39,809 nt of DNA from Acidobacteria bacterium CG_4_9_14_3_um_filter_49_7 (GTDB lineage Bacteria; Acidobacteriota; Holophagae; Thermotomaculales; Thermotomaculaceae). Under the pieces are notes generated by a model, which saw only the letters and a program-made list of their open reading frames with translations, did no database searches and had not been told where the DNA came from. Location: assembly GCA_002789615.1 (NCBI GenBank), contig PFTO01000166.1:7883-47691 (forward strand). Reading direction: 5' to 3'. The translations under genes were made by a program, and so were the position numbers. Shown here piece after piece: positions 36,382 through 39,809 of this stretch. Position 1 is the stretch's first letter. Each line of letters starts with the position of its first letter.

Positions 36382-37302
36382 ATGTTTCGACCGGACCTTA
36401 AGATCTGGATGAACGGTGAATTTGTCAATCTGGAAGACGCAAAAGTCAGCATCCTATCCCACGCGCTTCACTATGGGAGTTCCTTTTTTGAAGGGATCCG
36501 TTGCTATGAAACCAAGACCGGGCCGGCGGTTTTCCGCCTGAAGGAACACACTGACCGTCTATTTAATTCCACTAAGATGTACCGAACGGAAATCCCCTTT
36601 ACCCGGGATGAAATCAATGACGCCATCCTCGAAACGATCCGCGCCAACAACATGAAATCATGCTATATCCGACCCCTTGTGTATCGGGGGTTCAAGACAA
36701 TGGGGGTCAATCCCTTTCCCTGCCCCGTGGAAGTGATGATAGCAGTGTGGGAATGGGGTGCGTATCTCGGACCGGAAGCACTGGAAAAAGGCGTGGATGT
36801 CAAAATCAGCACCTGGACAAAACTGGCACCCAACACCATGCCCACAATGGCCAAATCCGGTGCGAATTATATGAATTCACAGCTCATCAAAATGGAAGCA
36901 ATCGTCGACGGTTATGATGAAGGTATCTGCCTCAACACCCGTGGGCATGTTTCTGAAGGAAGCGGGGAAAACATCTTCCTGCTGAAAGACGACAAACTGC
37001 ACACCCCCCCCTACTCCGAATCAATGCTCCCGGGCATTACCCGAAATTCCGTTATTCGGATCGCAGACGAAGCCGGCATCCCGGTTGTGGAGACAGCCAT
37101 TCCCCGTGAATGGCTGTACATTGCAGACGAAATTTTCTTCACCGGAACCGCGGCTGAAATTACCCCCATTGCTTCAGTAGACCGTATTGCCATTGGAAGT
37201 GGCAAGCGCGGTCCGGTTACAAAAATGATCCAGGATTCCCTCTTTGGAATCTTGAACGGAGAGCTGGAAGACAGATTTAACTGGCTGACCCCGGTTTTGT
37301 AA
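36382..37302 (+). CDS. ilvE: branched-chain amino acid aminotransferase (class IV)
   Basis: Motifs [30 protein letters not shown] and GITR. The ATG at 36382 follows AGGAGG; the track start at 36349 is a TTG. Confidence 0.93.
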   Translation: MFRPDLKIWMNGEFVNLEDAKVSILSHALHYGSSFFEGIRCYETKTGPAVFRLKEHTDRLFNSTKMYRTEIPFTRDEINDAILETIRANNMKSCYIRPLVYRGFKTMGVNPFPCPVEVMIAVWEWGAYLGPEALEKGVDVKISTWTKLAPNTMPTMAKSGANYMNSQLIKMEAIVDGYDEGICLNTRGHVSEGSGENIFLLKDDKLHTPPYSESMLPGITRNSVIRIADEAGIPVVETAIPREWLYIADEIFFTGTAAEITPIASVDRIAIGSGKRGPVTKMIQDSLFGILNGELEDRFNWLTPVL

Positions 37303-37332
37303 ATCGACTCATAACATATGAGGAGGTCGTCA

Positions 37333-37851
37333 ATGAACAGAAAACAGATGTTCACACTTTCCCTGGCAATCCTTACACTGCTTCTTACTCCCCAGCTTGC
37401 AGCTACGGAGCCTGCCTCGACTCTGGCTCCGCTGATACCGCTTTCGGGGAAATGGGTGAGAAGGGGAGAAGGAACGAATGGGCCATCCGTTGTGAAGCAG
37501 GTCTTTGCCTTTGCACTGGGTGAAAGCCATTTCGTGAGCAAGACAACGGCTCGGTTCAAACCAAAGGATGGAGAAAAGACAGGTCAGCTTCGAGAATCAG
37601 CCGGTTTCTTCAGTTATGACCCCGCAGAAAAAAACATCCTGTACCGGGAATTTACTTCCGATGGCCAGGTAAATCGCTACAAACTGCAAAAGGTTTCCAA
37701 AGACGGGATGACGATTACTTTCCAAAACGACAAGGGAAATGGAAATCAAGCAGAAAATCAAACCCGGTTGATTTTCCAGCTAGCAAACCAGAGCAATCTG
37801 CAGGTGATCTTCTCCCAATCCCCGGGTGGTAAAACCTTCACACCGGTCTAA
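37333..37851 (+). CDS. hypothetical secreted protein
   Basis: Signal-like N-terminus MNRKQMFTLSLAILTLLLTPQLAA, with GAGGAGG 6 nt upstream of the ATG at 37333. No family recognised. Confidence 0.55.
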   Translation: MNRKQMFTLSLAILTLLLTPQLAATEPASTLAPLIPLSGKWVRRGEGTNGPSVVKQVFAFALGESHFVSKTTARFKPKDGEKTGQLRESAGFFSYDPAEKNILYREFTSDGQVNRYKLQKVSKDGMTITFQNDKGNGNQAENQTRLIFQLANQSNLQVIFSQSPGGKTFTPV

Positions 37852-37959
37852 ACTATCCAAATGAGGCGGGTAAAGCTAAAGAAGAAGAATTGGGCTCGTC
37901 GAGAGATGAAAAACAAAGATGCTTCTGCAGACTTAAATTAGAACCATGGAGAATCAGAA

Positions 37960-39435
37960 ATGAAGATAAAACGCCTGGTATTTGTTGTTTTCTCGCTTTG
38001 CATTCTCTTTCCTCTCCCGGCCAATGAACCGGTTGGATTTGATCATTTTTTTGAAAATGCAACCCTTCGCGTAGACCTGATTCATATCGGGGACAAAACA
38101 TCAGAATTGTACGCGGTTGACCGCATGTACAAAACACCGGTCTGGGCCGGCTCCCCAGCCCATGTAATTGACACCTTTAATAACGGACGCTATTTCATCA
38201 GGGTTTTTGACAGCGTAAGCGGAAAACTGATTTTTTCCCGGGGATTCAACTCAATCTTCGGGGAGTACGCCACGACAAAACCCGCTGCCAACGGAATCAA
38301 ACGGGCCTTCCCTGAAACCGCATTAATTCCCTTTCCCCGGAATCCTGTTCGCCTGACCATCAGTGCCCGTAACCGGGACAACTCCCTGAAAGAGATTTTC
38401 CGACAGGAAATCGACCCGAAAAGCGTGGACATTCTCCAGCTTAAAAAAAATGAGGACGTGGAGATTATACCCATTGCCGGAAACACCAATCCCCACCACT
38501 CTATGGATCTGGCAATTGTGGCAGACGGTTATACCGGGGCGGAACGGAATAAAGCAGTATCTGATGCAAAGTATTTTGCCGCCAAACTGCTGAACATGGC
38601 CCCTTATAATCGCTATCGCAATCATATCAACATTGCCCTTGCGTTTCGTCCGTCGCCCGACAGCGGGTGCACAGAACCGACCCGGGGCATTTACAAACGA
38701 ACGGCGGTGAATGCTTCATTCAATTCACTGGGCCTGCCCCGATACCTCCTCACCGAAGACAACCGGGACCTCCGGGATATTGCCGGTGCGGTTCCCTACG
38801 ATATTGCGGTGGTGATGGTCAACAGTCCCCGCTACGGAGGCGGCGGCATCTACAATTTTTTCTGCGTTTTTACCGCGGACAACCCCTATCGGAACTATGT
38901 CTTTCTCCACGAATTCGGCCACGCATTCGCCGGCCTGGCTGACGAATACTATTCTTCCGCTGTTACTTATGATGACTTTTACCCCAATGGAGTGGAACCG
39001 CTGGAACCCAACATTACCGCGCTCATAGATTCAAACCACTTGAAATGGAAAGAACTGGCCAGCCCCGGTGTTTCGATTCCGACATCATGGGGGAAAGCGG
39101 AATATGACAGCCAGAATCTGGATTATCAGAAAAAGCGTCGCCTTCTGGACGGCAAAATAGCAAAACTGACCCGGGATGGCGCATCGGCTGATCAAATCAG
39201 GGAGTTGAAAGCACGTGCAGCCAAATTGTCGGCACAAAACGGTACATGGGTGAATCAATTCTTCGCGAATAATCCGGAAAGAGACAAAGTCGGCGCATTT
39301 GAAGGGGCCGGCTACATTCCAGAGGGATTATATCGGCCCCAGCTTGACTGCATCATGTTCAGCAAGGGAGAAAAGCCCTTCTGCAAGGTCTGCGCAGCGG
39401 CCATCGCCGCAAGGCTCCGCTTCTACATCGAATAA
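37960..39435 (+). CDS. M64-family (IgA-peptidase-like) zinc metallopeptidase, secreted
   Basis: 491 aa with a signal peptide. HEFGHAFAGLADEY zinc motif within the typical M64 context (PRYGGGGIYN upstream). Confidence 0.85.
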   Translation: MKIKRLVFVVFSLCILFPLPANEPVGFDHFFENATLRVDLIHIGDKTSELYAVDRMYKTPVWAGSPAHVIDTFNNGRYFIRVFDSVSGKLIFSRGFNSIFGEYATTKPAANGIKRAFPETALIPFPRNPVRLTISARNRDNSLKEIFRQEIDPKSVDILQLKKNEDVEIIPIAGNTNPHHSMDLAIVADGYTGAERNKAVSDAKYFAAKLLNMAPYNRYRNHINIALAFRPSPDSGCTEPTRGIYKRTAVNASFNSLGLPRYLLTEDNRDLRDIAGAVPYDIAVVMVNSPRYGGGGIYNFFCVFTADNPYRNYVFLHEFGHAFAGLADEYYSSAVTYDDFYPNGVEPLEPNITALIDSNHLKWKELASPGVSIPTSWGKAEYDSQNLDYQKKRRLLDGKIAKLTRDGASADQIRELKARAAKLSAQNGTWVNQFFANNPERDKVGAFEGAGYIPEGLYRPQLDCIMFSKGEKPFCKVCAAAIAARLRFYIE

Positions 39436-39441
39436 CAGTGG

Positions 39442-39470
39442 GTAGGAGTAGGGGTAGGGGTAGGGGTAAG
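39442..39470 (+). repeat. (GTAGGR) hexamer tandem repeat: GTAGGA GTAGGG GTAGGG GTAGGG GTAAG, 6 nt after the M64 stop
   Basis: Read directly. Same unit family as 19242-19280. Confidence 0.95.
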
Positions 39471-39513
39471 AAAAGACAGGGACTTATCTATTTCCTCCCT
39501 TTATCCCCCTCTT

Positions 39514-39542
39514 TCAGAACACTGAACACTGAACACCTCTTT
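39514..39542 (-). repeat. TCAGAACAC-family element (plus strand tcagaacactgaacactgaacacctcttt), 9 nt 3' of the rsgA stop
   Basis: 39522-39542 is identical to 520-540. Heptamer GAACACT/GAACACC x3. Confidence 0.9.
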
Positions 39543-39551
39543 GGCCACTCG

Positions 39552-39809
39552 TCACCCTTCACTTCTTTTCCCATCTTTTTCGGGTGATTTTCCAAATGAC
39601 TTGTGGATTCTTTTGGCGTGGCGTTTCTTCGCGATTTTCTTATCCTTTGGACTGCCGTCTTCCCGTTCCGTCACCTCTGCCTTCAGCTTCAGGTAACGGG
39701 CAACCCGCCCTGCATCCAGTTCACCGGATGATATTGCAGCCAGCACTGCGCAACCGGGTTCGTGGTTGTGTGTACAGTTCCGGAACCGGCAATATTCCGC
39801 GAATGCGAC
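39552..39809 (-). CDS. rsgA: ribosome small-subunit-dependent GTPase RsgA (YjeQ), C-terminal fragment (gene runs off the right edge)
   Basis: Extending the 39552..39746 ORF upstream in frame gives VAFAEYCRFRNCTHNHEPGCAVLAAISSGELDAGRVARYLKL. This is the RsgA zinc-finger signature C.F.(D/N)C.H..EPGCAV, followed by a Lys-rich tail. Confidence 0.8.
   Translation of the reverse strand, partial: VAFAEYCRFRNCTHNHEPGCAVLAAISSGELDAGRVARYLKLKAEVTEREDGSPKDKKIAKKRHAKRIHKSFGKSPEKDGKRSEG

Overview
About 40 kb of bacterial chromosome with mid-range GC by eye. Envelope genes (LapB-like, HflKC) suggest a diderm, but the lineage cannot be fixed from sequence alone. Coding is dense and largely housekeeping. 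Left part: 5' fragment of a radical-SAM/SPASM-like gene, a NifS-SelD fusion with an FMN reductase, a secreted PLD, initiator tRNA, rplU-rpmA, obg-nadD-rsfS-rlmH-lapB-like, and yebC-ruvC. Middle: an EAL phosphodiesterase, a CNNM/CorC-type transporter, an hflK-hflC-rsbW-rsbV-like operon, an M20 peptidase and xerD. Right part is a roughly 13.5 kb redox-stress neighbourhood: katG, a 40-codon relic of a monofunctional catalase, a DPSL-type ferritin, a 1348-aa internally duplicated polytopic protein of no family I recognise, a two-gene cytochrome-bd-like oxidase whose subunit I carries three c-type haem domains, GAF and cupin proteins, rubrerythrin, a PerR-like regulator and cysK. It is followed by a frameshifted membrane phosphatase, a NapH-like polyferredoxin, ilvE, an M64 peptidase and the 3' end of rsgA. 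I saw no rRNA, CRISPR, transposase or phage genes. The best candidates for undescribed biology are (1) the c-haem-fused bd-like oxidase with the adjacent giant duplicated membrane protein, and (2) a family of strand-oriented 6-8 nt tandem repeats, including an exact 21-mer at both ends of the window, placed just after stop codons where hairpin terminators are missing. All homology calls are by-eye motif recognition; no searches were run.
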